64,000 nucleotides of DNA, taken from positions 32,001 to 96,000 of the forward strand of contig CAWBMV010000001.1 of assembly GCA_963789955.1 (NCBI GenBank). Direction: 5' to 3'. The position numbers and the translations under genes are program-made. This document shows, piece by piece, positions 1 through 11,091 of the stretch. The notes beneath the pieces are model-generated. The model was not told where the DNA came from. It worked only from the letters and a program-made list of their open reading frames with translations, and searched no databases. This stretch comes from an uncultured Candidatus Rokubacteria bacterium (lineage in GTDB: Bacteria; Methylomirabilota; Methylomirabilia; Rokubacteriales; CSP1-6). Position 1 is the stretch's first letter, and the number at the start of each line of letters is the position of its first letter.

Positions 1-74
1 CGCATCTGGAGGAGCCCGACGCGGTGGCGGAGGCGGTCGGCGAGTTCTGCCGGCTCCGTGAGGCGGCGTCGTGA
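1..74 (+). CDS. alpha/beta hydrolase, C-terminal fragment (truncated by window edge)
   Basis: Frame from 3 reads HLEEPDAVAEAVGEF..., a typical hydrolase C-terminus. Stop TGA overlaps the GTG of the next gene. Confidence 0.6.
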   Translation, partial: HLEEPDAVAEAVGEFCRLREAAS

Positions 75-1217
75 AGTTCTACTACTTCCATCTGATGCCG
101 TACTACATGGAGCACGATGCGCCGTCGTCGTGGGTGACGCTCTCGAATCGCCACTACGACCCGGCGCTGGGCCACACGCTCTACAACCAGTATCTCGACC
201 AGCTCGAGCAGGCGGAGCGCCTCGGCTGGGACGGCCTCTGCGTCAACGAGCACCACCAGAACTGCTACGGCACGATGCCGAGCCCCAACGTGATGGCGGC
301 GATGCTGGTGCGCCGGACGACGAAAGCGAAGATCGCGATCCTCGGCAACGGGCTGCCGCTGCGCGAGAACCCGCTGCGCATCGCCGAGGAGATCGCGATG
401 CTCGACGTCGTCTCGGGCGGTCGCGTCATCTCGGGATTCGTCCGCGGGATCAGCGCCGAGTACTTCTCGACCGGCGTCAACCCGACGCACTCGCGCGACC
501 GCTTCTACGAGGCCGCGGAGCTCATCTTGAGAGCGTGGACCGAAGAGGGGCCGTTTCCGTACGACGGGCGCTTCTATCGCTATCACTACGTGAACCCGTG
601 GCCGCGGCCGATCCAGAAGCCGCACCCGCCGGTGTGGTGCCCGTCGCAGGGCTCGAGCGAGACGGTCGAGTGGGCGGCCAAGCGCCGCTTCCCGTACCTG
701 ATGGTCTTCACGCCGATCAAGCGGATCGCCCAGATCTACGGCGAATACCGCGAGGCGTGCGAGCGCAACGGCTACAAGGCGAGCCCCTATCAGCTCACGG
801 TGAACGTGCCGATCGTCGTCGCCGAGAACGACGCGAAGGCGCGCGAGATCGCCAGGAAGCACGTGATGTGGGTGTTCAACGTCGGGCTGCGGATGCATCC
901 GCCGTTCTGGCGGCCGCCCGGCTACATGACCGAGGCGTCGCTGCGGCGGCTGCTCGCGAATCCACCCAAGCTGCCGAGCGAGCTCGAATTCGACGAGGCC
1001 GATCGCGGAGGGCTATCTCATCTACGGCAGCCCGGCGACCGTGCGCGACAAGCTCCGCGTGTTCTCCGACGAGCTCAAGGCCGGCATCCTCTGCTCGGGG
1101 ATGACCGGCCCCAGCCACGAGCAGACGCTCGAGATGATGCAGCTCTTCTCCGAAGAGGTGATGCCGCACTTTCGCGAGGACGCGAACGTCGACGAGACGG
1201 CCGGCGTCGGCCGCTGA
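71..1217 (+). CDS. LLM (luciferase-like) flavin-dependent oxidoreductase; frameshift near 1010
   Basis: Motifs NEHHQ, PLRIAEEIAMLDVVSGGR and PRPIQKPHPPVW. C-terminus (YGSPATVRDKL...LFSEEVMPHF) lies in another frame, ending at TGA 1215-1217. Confidence 0.85.
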
Positions 1218-1231
1218 ACCGTCCGATCTGA

Positions 1232-2251
1232 GTGGAGGAGCTCGAAGCGAGGCTTCGTGATCATCTGCGAACGGCGCTCGGCGCGCCGCGGCTGGAGTTC
1301 GCCGAACGGCCGACGCGCGTGACGGGCGGCTTCGACACGCAGATCTTCGCCTTTCGGCTGGCCGAGGCGCCGCCGGCGTACGCCGGGCCGCTGATTCTGC
1401 GCCTGCTCGACGTGCATCATGACCCCGCCCGCGCGCTGAGCGAGCAGGCGACCCAGAACGCGCTCGCCGATCTCGGCTATCCGGCGCCGCGCGTCCTGCT
1501 CGCGAGCGCCGACGCGACGCGCCTGGGCGGCGCCTTCCTGATCATGGACCGGGTCGCCGGCCGGCCGCTTCCTCGAAGGTCAACGTCCGCACGATGGCGC
1601 GGGTCGTCGCCGAGCTCCAGGCGAGGCTCCACGATCTCGATGCGGTGGCGTTCCTGCGGGCGGTGACGCGCAAGGGGCTGGAGCCCAGGCATCTGACGTT
1701 CGACGCTCACCTGGCGCAGCTGGACCGATCGCGCCACCGGCGCCCGACTCGGCGGCCTCGCGCCCGGGCTGGACTGGCTGGCCGGCCGCCGTCCGCCGCG
1801 GCCCGAGCCGCGCGCCGTCTGCCACGGGGATTTTCACCCCTACAACATCTTGATCGCGGACGATCGAGTCACGGGCGTGCTCGACTGGCCTCACGCGATC
1901 GTCGCCGACCCGGCCTTCGACGTCGCCACGACCCTGGTGATCCTCAAGCTGGTGCCGATGGGGGTGTCGGGCCTGGCGGCACCGCTGCGATGGCTGGCGA
2001 GCGCCGCGCGTCCGCTGCTGGTCGGCAGCTATCTGCGTCACTACCGCCGGCGCCGCCCGCTCGACGAGAAGAAGCTCGCGTACTACGAGGCGGCGGCGTG
2101 CATGAAGGTTCTGGTCCGCGCCGGTCAGCTCCGCGGCGCTTCCGCCGGCACGACCGCGGCGAACGTCCTGTTCGACTCGGCCTACACGGAGCGCGTGCGG
2201 CGACACTTCCGCGCGCTCACCGGGATCACGCCGGCGCTGCCGGCGATCTAG
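1232..2251 (+). CDS. aminoglycoside phosphotransferase (APH)/kinase-like protein; frameshifted
   Basis: GYPAPRVL...FLIMDRVAG at the N-terminus. CHGDFHPYNIL and GVLDW catalytic motifs occur in a later frame. Confidence 0.75.
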
Positions 2252-3157
2252 TCGGCGACCTGCGGCCGAATCTGTTTCGGCGACGAGATCGATCGTCTCG
2301 GCGATCGCCGGGTAGGTCGAGTACGACACCTCGAGCGCGACGTGACCGCAGCCGAGCGCCTTGAAGCCGCGCAGCTCGTCGGCGATCTGCTTCGGCGTGC
2401 CGGTGAGGGTGTGACGGCCGCGGAGGAGGCTCATGTCGACGGCCGGGCGGTGCACGCCGTCGATCAGGATCGGAATGCGGAGCGACAAGAACGGCGCGCC
2501 CTCGCGCCCGGCTTCTTTCCAGAGGCGCCGAACCGCGTCGGCGCCCTGGCGAAACGCGTCGTGGTTCATCGAGCTCGCGTGCCAGCCGTCGCCGAGCCGC
2601 GCGACCCGGCGGTAGGCGCCTTCGCTGGCGCCGCCGATGTAGAGCGGCGGGCGCGGCTTCTGGAGCGGCATCGGCGAGGCCACGACGTCCTGCACGCGGT
2701 GGCGCTTCGTCTGGATCTTCGGATGCTCCTGCGTCCAGAGCGTGCGCATCAGCTCGAGCGCCTCGTCGCTCCGGCTCGCGCGCTCCTTGAAGGGCACGCC
2801 GAGCGTCTCGAACTCGCCCTCGAGCCAGCCGATCGCGGCGCCGACGATCAGGCGGCCGCCGGACAGGACGTCGACGCTCGCCAGGAGCTTCGCCACCGGA
2901 ATCGGCGAGCGATAGGGCAGGATCACCACGCTCGTGCCGAGCGCGACCCGGCTCGTGACGCCGGCCAGCCACGGCAGGACGGCCAGGGGATCGAGCATGT
3001 CCTCCCGATAGATGACGTTCGACTGCTCCGGCACGATGACGTGATCGGTGACCCACACCGAGTCGAGCCCGCGCTCCTCGGCGCGGCGCGCGACCTCGAG
3101 CATGCGTCCCACCTCGATCGGACGACCGTAGTGCGGCAGGCAGATCCCGAGCTTCAT
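2248..3157 (-). CDS. LLM class F420-dependent oxidoreductase; C-terminal frameshift
   Basis: DSVWVTDHV, LGTSVVILPYRSP, LSGGRLIVGAAIGW. Corrected end ...QIRPQVAD* shares CTAG with the convergent gene. Confidence 0.85.
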
Positions 3158-3218
3158 GGCCGGCAGGTTATACTCGTTCGCGCCTCACGGCAACTCTCGA
3201 CCCTCGGAGGAAACGCGA

Positions 3219-4763
3219 ATGACCACGCGGCGTGATTTTCTCTTGATGTGCGCGATCGCCTCGGGCGCACCGCTGACGTCTCTCGATCCGAGGTCGGCGT
3301 TCGCCGCCGACACTCCGAAGAAGGGCGGCACCCTGAGGGTCGGCTTCTACATCGAGGCCGCCACGATGGATCCGCACTTCTCGGGCAGCAAGATCGACCG
3401 GCAGGTCTACCACAATATCTACGAGCCGCTGGTCACGCTCGACGTCAAGCTCGGGATCAAGCCGGGCCTGGCCGAGTCCTGGCAGCAGCCCGATTCCAAG
3501 ACCGTCGTCTTCAAGCTCCGCCGTGGCGTCAAGTTCCACGACGGCACCGACTTCAACGCCGAAGCGGCGCGCTTCAACTTCAATCGCATGAAGACGGAGC
3601 CGAAGTCGGTCCGCAAGGGCGAGGTCGCCAGCATCGACTCGGTCGACGTCGTCGATGCCTACACGATCAAGATCAACTTGAAGCGGCCGGACGCGGCCCT
3701 GCTGGCCACCTTGACGGATCGAGCGGGCATGATGGTCTCGCCCAAGACCGCTCAGGAGCGCGGCCCGGAGCTCGAGCGCAACGCGAAGGGCGCCGGCACC
3801 GGTCCGTTCGAGTTCGTCGAGTGGGTGAAGGACGACCATCTCCTGATCAAGCGAAACGACAGCTACTGGAACAAGCAGGGCGGACCCTATCTCGACCGCG
3901 TCCGCTACCGGCCGATCCCCGACGACACCGTGAAGCTGCAAAGCCTCCAGACCGGCGAGATCGACGTGATCGACTACGTCCAGCCGCGCGACGTCGCGGC
4001 CGTCAAGGCCGACCGGAACGTCGTCGTCGTGGACGTGCCGTCGCTGGCCGACTTCGCGTATCAGCTGAATCTGACCCGCCCGCCCTTCGCGACCAAGGCG
4101 CTGCGGCAGGCGGTGGCGTATTCGGTCGACCTGGAGCAGATCGTCAAGGGGGTGTGGCTCAACGTGGGCGTGCCGGCCAACGGCCCGATCCCGCCGACGA
4201 GCTGGGCGTACGACCGCTCCATCGCGCCGATCAAGCGCGATCTGGCGCGGGCGAAGGCGAAGCTGGCCGAGGGCGGCCAGCCGAACGGCTTCACGTTCAC
4301 GATGACGACCAACAACATCCCGATCAACGTGCAGGAGGCCGAGGTCATCCAGGCCCAGCTGCGCGAGGCCGGCATCACGATGAAGATCAAGCTGGTCGAC
4401 TCGGCGACGTTGATCGCGGACGGCAACAACAAGAACTTCGAGATGATCAGCTTCCAGTGGAGCGGGCGCCCGGACCCGGACGGCAACACGTACCAGTTCT
4501 ACAAGACCACGCCGGGCACGTCGTTCAACTGGTCGGGCATCTCGAATCCGCAGATCGACGCCCTGCTCGACCGGAGCCGCGAGGTGTCGAGCCAGGCCGA
4601 GCGCAAGAAGCTCTTCAGCGATCTGACCAGGATCCTGCAGGACGAGCTGCCGAATCTGTTCATCGTGCATCCGATCGAGCCCAAGGCTTTCAGCCCGAAG
4701 GTCCAGGGCTACGAGCCGATCCCCGACGGGATGATGCGGTTCAAGGACGTGTGGCTGGCCTAG
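3219..4763 (+). CDS. ABC transporter substrate-binding protein, family 5 (Dpp/Opp-like), Tat signal
   Basis: TRRDFL Tat-like motif, LRRGVKFHDGTDFNAE, GTGPFEFVEW. GGAGG SD upstream. Confidence 0.9.
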   Translation: MTTRRDFLLMCAIASGAPLTSLDPRSAFAADTPKKGGTLRVGFYIEAATMDPHFSGSKIDRQVYHNIYEPLVTLDVKLGIKPGLAESWQQPDSKTVVFKLRRGVKFHDGTDFNAEAARFNFNRMKTEPKSVRKGEVASIDSVDVVDAYTIKINLKRPDAALLATLTDRAGMMVSPKTAQERGPELERNAKGAGTGPFEFVEWVKDDHLLIKRNDSYWNKQGGPYLDRVRYRPIPDDTVKLQSLQTGEIDVIDYVQPRDVAAVKADRNVVVVDVPSLADFAYQLNLTRPPFATKALRQAVAYSVDLEQIVKGVWLNVGVPANGPIPPTSWAYDRSIAPIKRDLARAKAKLAEGGQPNGFTFTMTTNNIPINVQEAEVIQAQLREAGITMKIKLVDSATLIADGNNKNFEMISFQWSGRPDPDGNTYQFYKTTPGTSFNWSGISNPQIDALLDRSREVSSQAERKKLFSDLTRILQDELPNLFIVHPIEPKAFSPKVQGYEPIPDGMMRFKDVWLA

Positions 4764-5701
4764 CGTTCGTCCTGCGCCGGCTGGGCGCGACCGTTCCGGT
4801 CCTCCTCCTCGTCACCGCCGGGGTGTTCTTGCTTCTGCATCTCACGCCGGGCGACCCCATCGACGTCATGATGGCGGAGTCGATCGACGCGACCGTGAAG
4901 GAGAATCTTCGGCGCGAGCTCGGGCTCGACCGGCCGCTTCACGTGCAGTACGCCGCGTGGATGGGCCGTCTGCTGCGCGGCGATCTCGGGCGCTCGATCC
5001 GCAACGGCGAGCCCGTCATCGAGAACGTCGGCCGCCGGCTGCGTCCGAGCCTCGAGCTGACGTTCTTCGCGATGACGATCTCGCTGGTCGTCGCCTTCCC
5101 GGTCGGCATCGTGTCCGCCATCCGCCGCAACACCGCGATCGACCGCGCCGGCGCGACGTTCGCGCTGTTCGGGATCTGCATGCCGAACTTCCTGCTGGCC
5201 CTGCTGCTGATCTTCTTGTTCGGCGTCACCCTGCGCTGGCTGCCGATCTCCGGCTACACGGATCCGCTCGAGGAGCCCTGGAACGGGTTCAGATCGCTGG
5301 CGCTGCCGGCGATCACGCTCGGGCTCGCGCTCGCGGCGGTGGTCACGCGCACCTTGCGCTCGAGCCTGCTCGAGGCGCTCGCCGAGGACTACGTGCGCAC
5401 CGCGCGCGCCAAGGGCCTCTCGGAGTGGCGGATCATCTGGAGCCACGTGCTGAAGAACGCGCTGATCCCCGTGGTCACGGTGCTCGGGCTGCAGCTCGGC
5501 ACCTTGATCGGCGGCGCCGTCATCACCGAGTACGTCTTCGCCCTGCCCGGCGTCGGGCGCCTCGTGGTCGATGCGGTGTTCGCGCGCGACTATCCACTCG
5601 TCCAGGGAGTCGTGCTGCTGATCGCCATCGGCTTCATCCTGAGCAACCTGATCGTCGACGTCCTGTATGGCTGGATCGATCCGCGCATCCGATCGCGCTG
5701 A
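4751..5701 (+). CDS. ABC transporter permease (DppB-like)
   Basis: PGDP, LGLDRPLHVQY, EDYVRTARAKGL, RDYPLVQG. Confidence 0.9.
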   Translation: MAGLAFVLRRLGATVPVLLLVTAGVFLLLHLTPGDPIDVMMAESIDATVKENLRRELGLDRPLHVQYAAWMGRLLRGDLGRSIRNGEPVIENVGRRLRPSLELTFFAMTISLVVAFPVGIVSAIRRNTAIDRAGATFALFGICMPNFLLALLLIFLFGVTLRWLPISGYTDPLEEPWNGFRSLALPAITLGLALAAVVTRTLRSSLLEALAEDYVRTARAKGLSEWRIIWSHVLKNALIPVVTVLGLQLGTLIGGAVITEYVFALPGVGRLVVDAVFARDYPLVQGVVLLIAIGFILSNLIVDVLYGWIDPRIRSR

Positions 5702-6542
5702 GCGGGCGCCGCGCTGGAAGGTGCTGCGTCGCGCGGCGCGCGCGCGGCTGGCGCCGTTCGGCGCGGCCGTCATGACCCTGGCGGTGTTGATCGCGCTGGC
5801 GGCGCCGCTGGTGGCGCCCTACGATCCGCTCGCCCAGAACCTCGGCAACACACTGGCGGCGCCGGGGCGCGCCCATCTACTCGGCACGGACAACGTGGGA
5901 CGCGACGTGCTCTCACGGGTGATCTGGGGCACCCGCGTCTCACTGGTGGCCGGTCTCGTCTCGGTCGTGCTCGCGGTCAGCGCGGGCAGCCTGCTCGGTG
6001 TCGTGGCCGGCTACTGCGGCGGGCGCGTGGATGGCCTCGTGATGCGCGTGATGGATGCGGTGCTCTCGTTTCCGCCGCTGGTGCTGGCGCTGGCGCTCGG
6101 CGCGGTGCTGGGCGCCGGGCTCACCGGGGTGCTGCTGGCGCTCGGGGTCGTCTACACGCCCACGTTCGCCCGGCTCATGCGCGGTCAGGTGCTCACGATC
6201 ACGGCGCGCGATTACGTCGACGCGGCGCGGGCGCTGGGCGCATCCGGCTGGCGGATCGCGGCTCGACACGTGGTGCCGAACGCGATCAATCCCATCATCG
6301 TGCAGGCGTCGCTGAGCGTGGCCTTCGCGATCCTCGCCGAAGCGTCGCTCTCGTTCCTCGGGCTCGGCATCCAGCCCCCGCAGGCCTCGTGGGGCAGCAT
6401 GATCAACGCCGGCCGCGGCTATCTCCAGCAGGCGCCCTGGATCGTCTTCGGGCCGGGCGCGGCGCTCTTCGTGACCGTGGTGGGATTGAGCTTCGTGGGC
6501 GATGCGGTGCGCGACGCGCTCGATCCCCGGACGCGCGAGTAG
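5667..6542 (+). CDS. ABC transporter permease (DppC-like)
   Basis: HLLGTDNVGRD, YVDAARALGA, EASLSFLGLG. Confidence 0.9.
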   Translation: MAGSIRASDRAERAPRWKVLRRAARARLAPFGAAVMTLAVLIALAAPLVAPYDPLAQNLGNTLAAPGRAHLLGTDNVGRDVLSRVIWGTRVSLVAGLVSVVLAVSAGSLLGVVAGYCGGRVDGLVMRVMDAVLSFPPLVLALALGAVLGAGLTGVLLALGVVYTPTFARLMRGQVLTITARDYVDAARALGASGWRIAARHVVPNAINPIIVQASLSVAFAILAEASLSFLGLGIQPPQASWGSMINAGRGYLQQAPWIVFGPGAALFVTVVGLSFVGDAVRDALDPRTRE

Positions 6543-6549
6543 GCGAGCG

Positions 6550-7014
6550 CTAGCGGACGTCGTGGCAGCGCCAGGCGAGCCGCTCCTTCGCGTAGCCCAC
6601 GCGCGGGAGCACCTCCTGCGCCGTGAGCGCGAGCCCCCAGATGATCGTGGCCACCGCGATCACGTGGGCGAACCCGAGCCGGCTCCTCCACGAGACGTGC
6701 GCGCCCCAGAGTCCCGCCACCACGACGATCCCGACCGCGGCCATGTAGAGCCCCAGCCACCAGCCGCAGGCCTTCGCGTACGGCCACTGGGGCAGCGCGG
6801 CGCCCAGCAAGACGCCGAGGCCGACGCACGACCAGACGGCCGCCGTCGACATCGGTGATTTGATCGGACGCATGCGTGCAAGGGGTCGTGTGGTGCTCGT
6901 CGATGCGGCCGAACCGTAGGAGTGGTCGTGCGGCCGCAGCTTCCTGATGAGCGAATCGACGACTGCGGCTTCCTGGTGGGCGGGTGGTGGTTGCTTGGGG
7001 AATCGGGTGGCCAA
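6550..7014 (-). CDS. hypothetical membrane protein
   Basis: TTG start after GGAGGAGG. Three hydrophobic segments. Confidence 0.55.
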   Translation of the reverse strand: MATRFPKQPPPAHQEAAVVDSLIRKLRPHDHSYGSAASTSTTRPLARMRPIKSPMSTAAVWSCVGLGVLLGAALPQWPYAKACGWWLGLYMAAVGIVVVAGLWGAHVSWRSRLGFAHVIAVATIIWGLALTAQEVLPRVGYAKERLAWRCHDVR

Positions 7015-7201
7015 CGCTGCACCTCCTCCGGCTCGTCTGCTGGACGCTCTTCCGCCGTTGTGGCGCTGAGAGTCCTCCACGCAAGGCGGTTGCCAACCCA
7101 GATGTTCGAAATCTCGCGGCTTTCACCGCGTCGGGGAGCTGTCAGTGCCTGCCACTGTGACACGCGGCGTCTCGAGGCGTGACGCCGAGCCCGCGCGCGG
7201 G

Positions 7202-9496
7202 CTAGCGAGCGAGCGCGGCGAACAGACGAGCGGGGGTGACGGGCACTTCGAGGATGCTCGCGCCGAGATCCGCGACCGCATCCTCTATAGCGTTCGCGAT
7301 GGCCGCGGCCCCGGGAATCGCGCCGCTCTCGCCGACTCCCTTGATGCCGAGCGCGTTGATGGTCGACGGGTGCTCGTCGAGCACGACCGCGAGCGGAGGA
7401 AGCTGGTCGGCCTTCGGGATCGCGTAGTCCATCAGGCTGCCGGTGAGGAGCTGACCGCTTTCGTCGTACACGACTTCTTCCATGAGCCCGGCGCCGATGC
7501 CCTGCGCGGCGCCGCCCTGGAGCTGGCCTTCGACGATCGTGGGATTGATGGCGCGCCCCGGATCGTGCACGATCGCGTACGCGAGCAGGCGGATCTCGCA
7601 CGTCTCCACGTCGACCTCGACCGCCGCGGCCTGGGTGCCGAAGGCCCACGTGACGGTGTCGGGATAGAAATAGGTGCACGCGTGAAGCCCAGGCTCGCCG
7701 GTCGCCTTGAGCGCCTTCGACTTCACCGCGGCGTGCGCGACCTTGCCCAGGCTCACGGCTCGATGCGGCATGCCGACCACGTGCACCCGGCTCTGCTCGA
7801 TGCGTACGTCCTCGGGCGCGCACTCGAGCATCTCGGCGGCGACCCGTGTGGCTCGCTCGCGGACCTCGCGCGCGGTCTGCGCGACAGCGGGTCCGGAGTT
7901 GGCGGCCACGCGACTTCCACCGGTGCCCATGCCGAACGGGAAGAGCGCGGTGTCGCCGGCGTTGACCTGCACGTCCTCCCAGGCGGCACCCAGCTCGGCG
8001 GCGGCGATCTGCGCCAACGTGGTCGCGTGACCCTGGCCCTGCGCCGTCACGCCGATATACACGTAGACCTTGCCGCTCGGATCTACCCGGACCGTCGCGC
8101 CCTCGTACGGGCCGAGCCCGGTGCCCTGCGCGTAGCAGGCCAGGCCGACGCCGATGCGGCGCGTGCCGCCGGCGCGCGCCGTCTGGCGGCGCCGCCACTC
8201 GCCGTAGTTCAGGAGGGTCAGCGCGCGCTCGAAGGCCGCGGGGAAATCGCCGGGATCGTAGGTGACCGCGACGCCGTCCTTGTAGGTCAGTCCGGGGCGG
8301 TACGGCATGTCCGCCGGGCGCACGAAGTTGCGGCGGCGGATGTCGGCCGGGTCGAGCCCGAGCCGCCGCGCGCCGATGTCCATCAGGCGCTCCATCACGA
8401 ACACCGCCTCGGGCCGCCCGGCCGCGCGATACGCCGCGTTGAAGGTCTTGGTGGTGACCACGCTCGTGCCGGTGTTGCGATAGTGCGGGACGCGGTACGG
8501 ACCGGGCAGGTGGTTGACCGTGTTCGCGGTGAGCCCGTCGCCCTGAAGCGGATAGGCGCCGACGTCGGCGACGAACGTCGCGTCGACCGCGACGATCGTG
8601 CCGTCGCGCGCGAAGCCGATGCGCGCGTCGTGATTCTGCTCGCGGTCGTGGCCCATGCACGCGAGGCTTTCGCGGCGGCTCTCGACCCACTTCACCGGCC
8701 GCCCGAGCCGATGCGCCGCGGCCGCGACCAGGATCTCCTCGGGATAGATCGGCCCCTTCGGCCCGAAGCCGCCGCCGACGTCGGGGACGATGACGCGGAC
8801 TTCTTCGACCGGCAGACCGAGCGCCGCGGCGACGACGTCCCGGAGCGTGTACGGGCTCTGGGTCGACGACGACACGACGAGCGCGCCGGCGGCCCGGTCG
8901 CGATACGCGAAGACGCCGCGGGTCTCGATCGGGACGGCGCTGAGGCGGGGATGGCGCAGACGCTCCCGCACGACCAGGTGCGCGCCGGCCATCGCGCGCT
9001 CGGGGTCGCCCACGGCGCCGCGCGCCACCACCGCCGTGTTGTCGGGCCAGCCCTCGTGCAGGCGCGCGCCCGAGGCCAGCGCGGATTCGGCGGTCGGCAG
9101 AGCCGGCAGCGGCTCGTACGCGACCGTCACCGCGTCGAGGGCGTCGGCGAGCTGGTAGAGACTCTCGGCCACGACCACGGCGACGGGCTCGCCGACGTGG
9201 CGGACGACGTCCCGCGCGAGCACCGGCTGGGCCCAGGCGCGTCCCTTCTGCGTACCGCCGTAGGCGGTCGGCATGTTCGGCGCGATCCCGCCGAGATCCG
9301 CGGCGCTCCACGCGAGCGCCACACCGGGCATGGCGCGCGCGGCCGCGGTGGCGACCTTCGTGAGGCGCGCGTGGGCTTCGGTGCTCCGGACGACGCCGAG
9401 GTGCAGGGTGCCCTCGCGCGTGAGATCGTCGACGTAACGCCCGTGGCCCGTCAGGAGACGCTGATCTTCTTTCCGGCGCGGCGAGCTACCGATCAT
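7202..9496 (-). CDS. xanthine dehydrogenase family molybdopterin-binding subunit (CoxL/CutL-like)
   Basis: RKEDQRLLTGHGRYVDD, DVGGGFGPK, AYRAAGRPE, QGQGHAT, GIKGVGESG. Confidence 0.9.
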   Translation of the reverse strand: MIGSSPRRKEDQRLLTGHGRYVDDLTREGTLHLGVVRSTEAHARLTKVATAAARAMPGVALAWSAADLGGIAPNMPTAYGGTQKGRAWAQPVLARDVVRHVGEPVAVVVAESLYQLADALDAVTVAYEPLPALPTAESALASGARLHEGWPDNTAVVARGAVGDPERAMAGAHLVVRERLRHPRLSAVPIETRGVFAYRDRAAGALVVSSSTQSPYTLRDVVAAALGLPVEEVRVIVPDVGGGFGPKGPIYPEEILVAAAAHRLGRPVKWVESRRESLACMGHDREQNHDARIGFARDGTIVAVDATFVADVGAYPLQGDGLTANTVNHLPGPYRVPHYRNTGTSVVTTKTFNAAYRAAGRPEAVFVMERLMDIGARRLGLDPADIRRRNFVRPADMPYRPGLTYKDGVAVTYDPGDFPAAFERALTLLNYGEWRRRQTARAGGTRRIGVGLACYAQGTGLGPYEGATVRVDPSGKVYVYIGVTAQGQGHATTLAQIAAAELGAAWEDVQVNAGDTALFPFGMGTGGSRVAANSGPAVAQTAREVRERATRVAAEMLECAPEDVRIEQSRVHVVGMPHRAVSLGKVAHAAVKSKALKATGEPGLHACTYFYPDTVTWAFGTQAAAVEVDVETCEIRLLAYAIVHDPGRAINPTIVEGQLQGGAAQGIGAGLMEEVVYDESGQLLTGSLMDYAIPKADQLPPLAVVLDEHPSTINALGIKGVGESGAIPGAAAIANAIEDAVADLGASILEVPVTPARLFAALAR

Positions 9497-9551
9497 GTCG
9501 AATCGCAATCTACCACGCGCGCCGAGTCGGGCTCGGCTAGACTTTCGGCGG

Positions 9552-11091
9552 ATGGACGTCAGGCGCGTGTTCGCGAAGCTGACGTTGACGCAGCTCCTCG
9601 GCAACCTCATCGGCGGGCTGCTGACCTGGTTCTATTTCCGGTTCGTCGACTTCACGGCGCCGCAGTTCCAGGCGCGGATCTCCCGAAGCGAGATCGTGTT
9701 CTTCGTGGTCGCCTTCGGCATCCTGATCTCGGCCGGCATCATGTTCGGCTCGCACTGGTCGCGCCCCTTGAGCGGCCCCGTCCCGGCGTCGGGTCCCGAC
9801 GCGGAGCTCGTGCGGCGCCGCGCGATCATGGTGCCGTACGTGTTCGCCGCGCTCTCGTTCGCCGGCTGGATCGGGGCCGGCCTCAGCTGGGGCGTGCTCT
9901 ATCCCGTCATCTGGGGCTTCTTCACACCGGCGAACTCGCTCCGGTCGATCTTCGGCATCACGTGCGTCGCGGGCACGGTGACCGCCGCGCTCGTCTTCTT
10001 CGCGGTCGAGCACCAGTGGCGAACCGTGCTGCCGGCGTTCTTTCCCGGCGGCGATCTGAGCGAGGTGTCCGGAGTGCTCCGCCTGCGAGTCCGGACCCGA
10101 CTGCTCGTGATCTTCGTCATGCTGAGCGTCATCCCGCTCTCGCTCCTCGGCGTCCTCGCCTACACGCGCGCCGCCGCGCTGCCGGGGGTGGATCCGGCGG
10201 CGGCGCCGCAGATCGTCGAGAACATGCTGGCCTTCATCGTCTTCATCGTGGCCGTCGGGACGCTTGGCGGCGATCGGGCTCTCGCTCTACGTCGCCGGGA
10301 GCGTCGCCGGCCCGCTCGGTCAGCTCCGGACCGCCATGCGCGACGTCGAGCAGGGCGACCTCGACACGCGTTGCCCCGTCGTGACCAACGACGAGATCGG
10401 CGCGGTGACCGAGGGCTTCAATCGCATGGTCGGCGGCCTCCGCGAGCGCGAGTTCCTGAAGGAGACGTTCGGGAAATACGTGAGCCGCGAGATCCGCGAC
10501 GAGATCCTGGCCGGCCGCGTCTCGCTCGAGGGGCAGGCGCAGGAGGTGACCATTCTGTTCGCGGATCTGCGCGACTTCACGCCGTGGGTGGAAGCGACGA
10601 GCCCGCGCGAGGTCGTTCGCGATCTGAACGCGTACTTCACCGAGATGGACCAGGCCATCCGGGCGCACCGAGGGCTCGTGCTGCAGTTCATCGGCGATGA
10701 GATCGAGGCGGCGTTCGGCGCGCCGGTTTCGGACCCCGCGCACGCCGAGATGGCCGTGGCCGCCGCGCTCGAGATGCGCCGGCGCCTCGCCGCGTGGAAC
10801 GCCGAGCGCGTCCGGGCCGGCAAGGTGGAGCTCCGCCACGGCATCGGGATCCACACGGGCTCGGTGCTCGCCGGCAACATCGGCAGCACCGAGCGGCACT
10901 CGTACGCGCTCGTCGGTGACCCGGTGAATCTCGCGTCGCGAATTCAGAGCCTCAACAAGGAATTCGGCTCCGACATTCTCGTCAGCGGGGAGACGCGCCG
11001 TCGCCTGAACGGCCGGTTCGAGCTCGTGCAGCTCCCGGCGGTGCGGGTGAAGGGCAAGTCCGTCGAGGTCGAGGTGTACCGATTGGCGTGA
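9552..11091 (+). CDS. membrane-bound class III nucleotidyl cyclase with HAMP domain; frameshift near 10265
   Basis: N-terminal TM helices, HAMP (NDEIG...FNRMV), LFADLRDFT, GIGIHTG, GDPVNLASRI. Confidence 0.85.

Noticed and set aside
7202..9496. Aerobic CO dehydrogenase (form I coxL)
   Set aside because: Lacks AYxCSFR, and there are no coxM/coxS neighbours.
7145..10384. Very long antisense/alternate-frame ORFs (e.g. 7145-10384, 21752-24697, 6660-9311)
   Set aside because: Shadow ORFs of real genes, caused by high GC and few stop codons; no family motifs.
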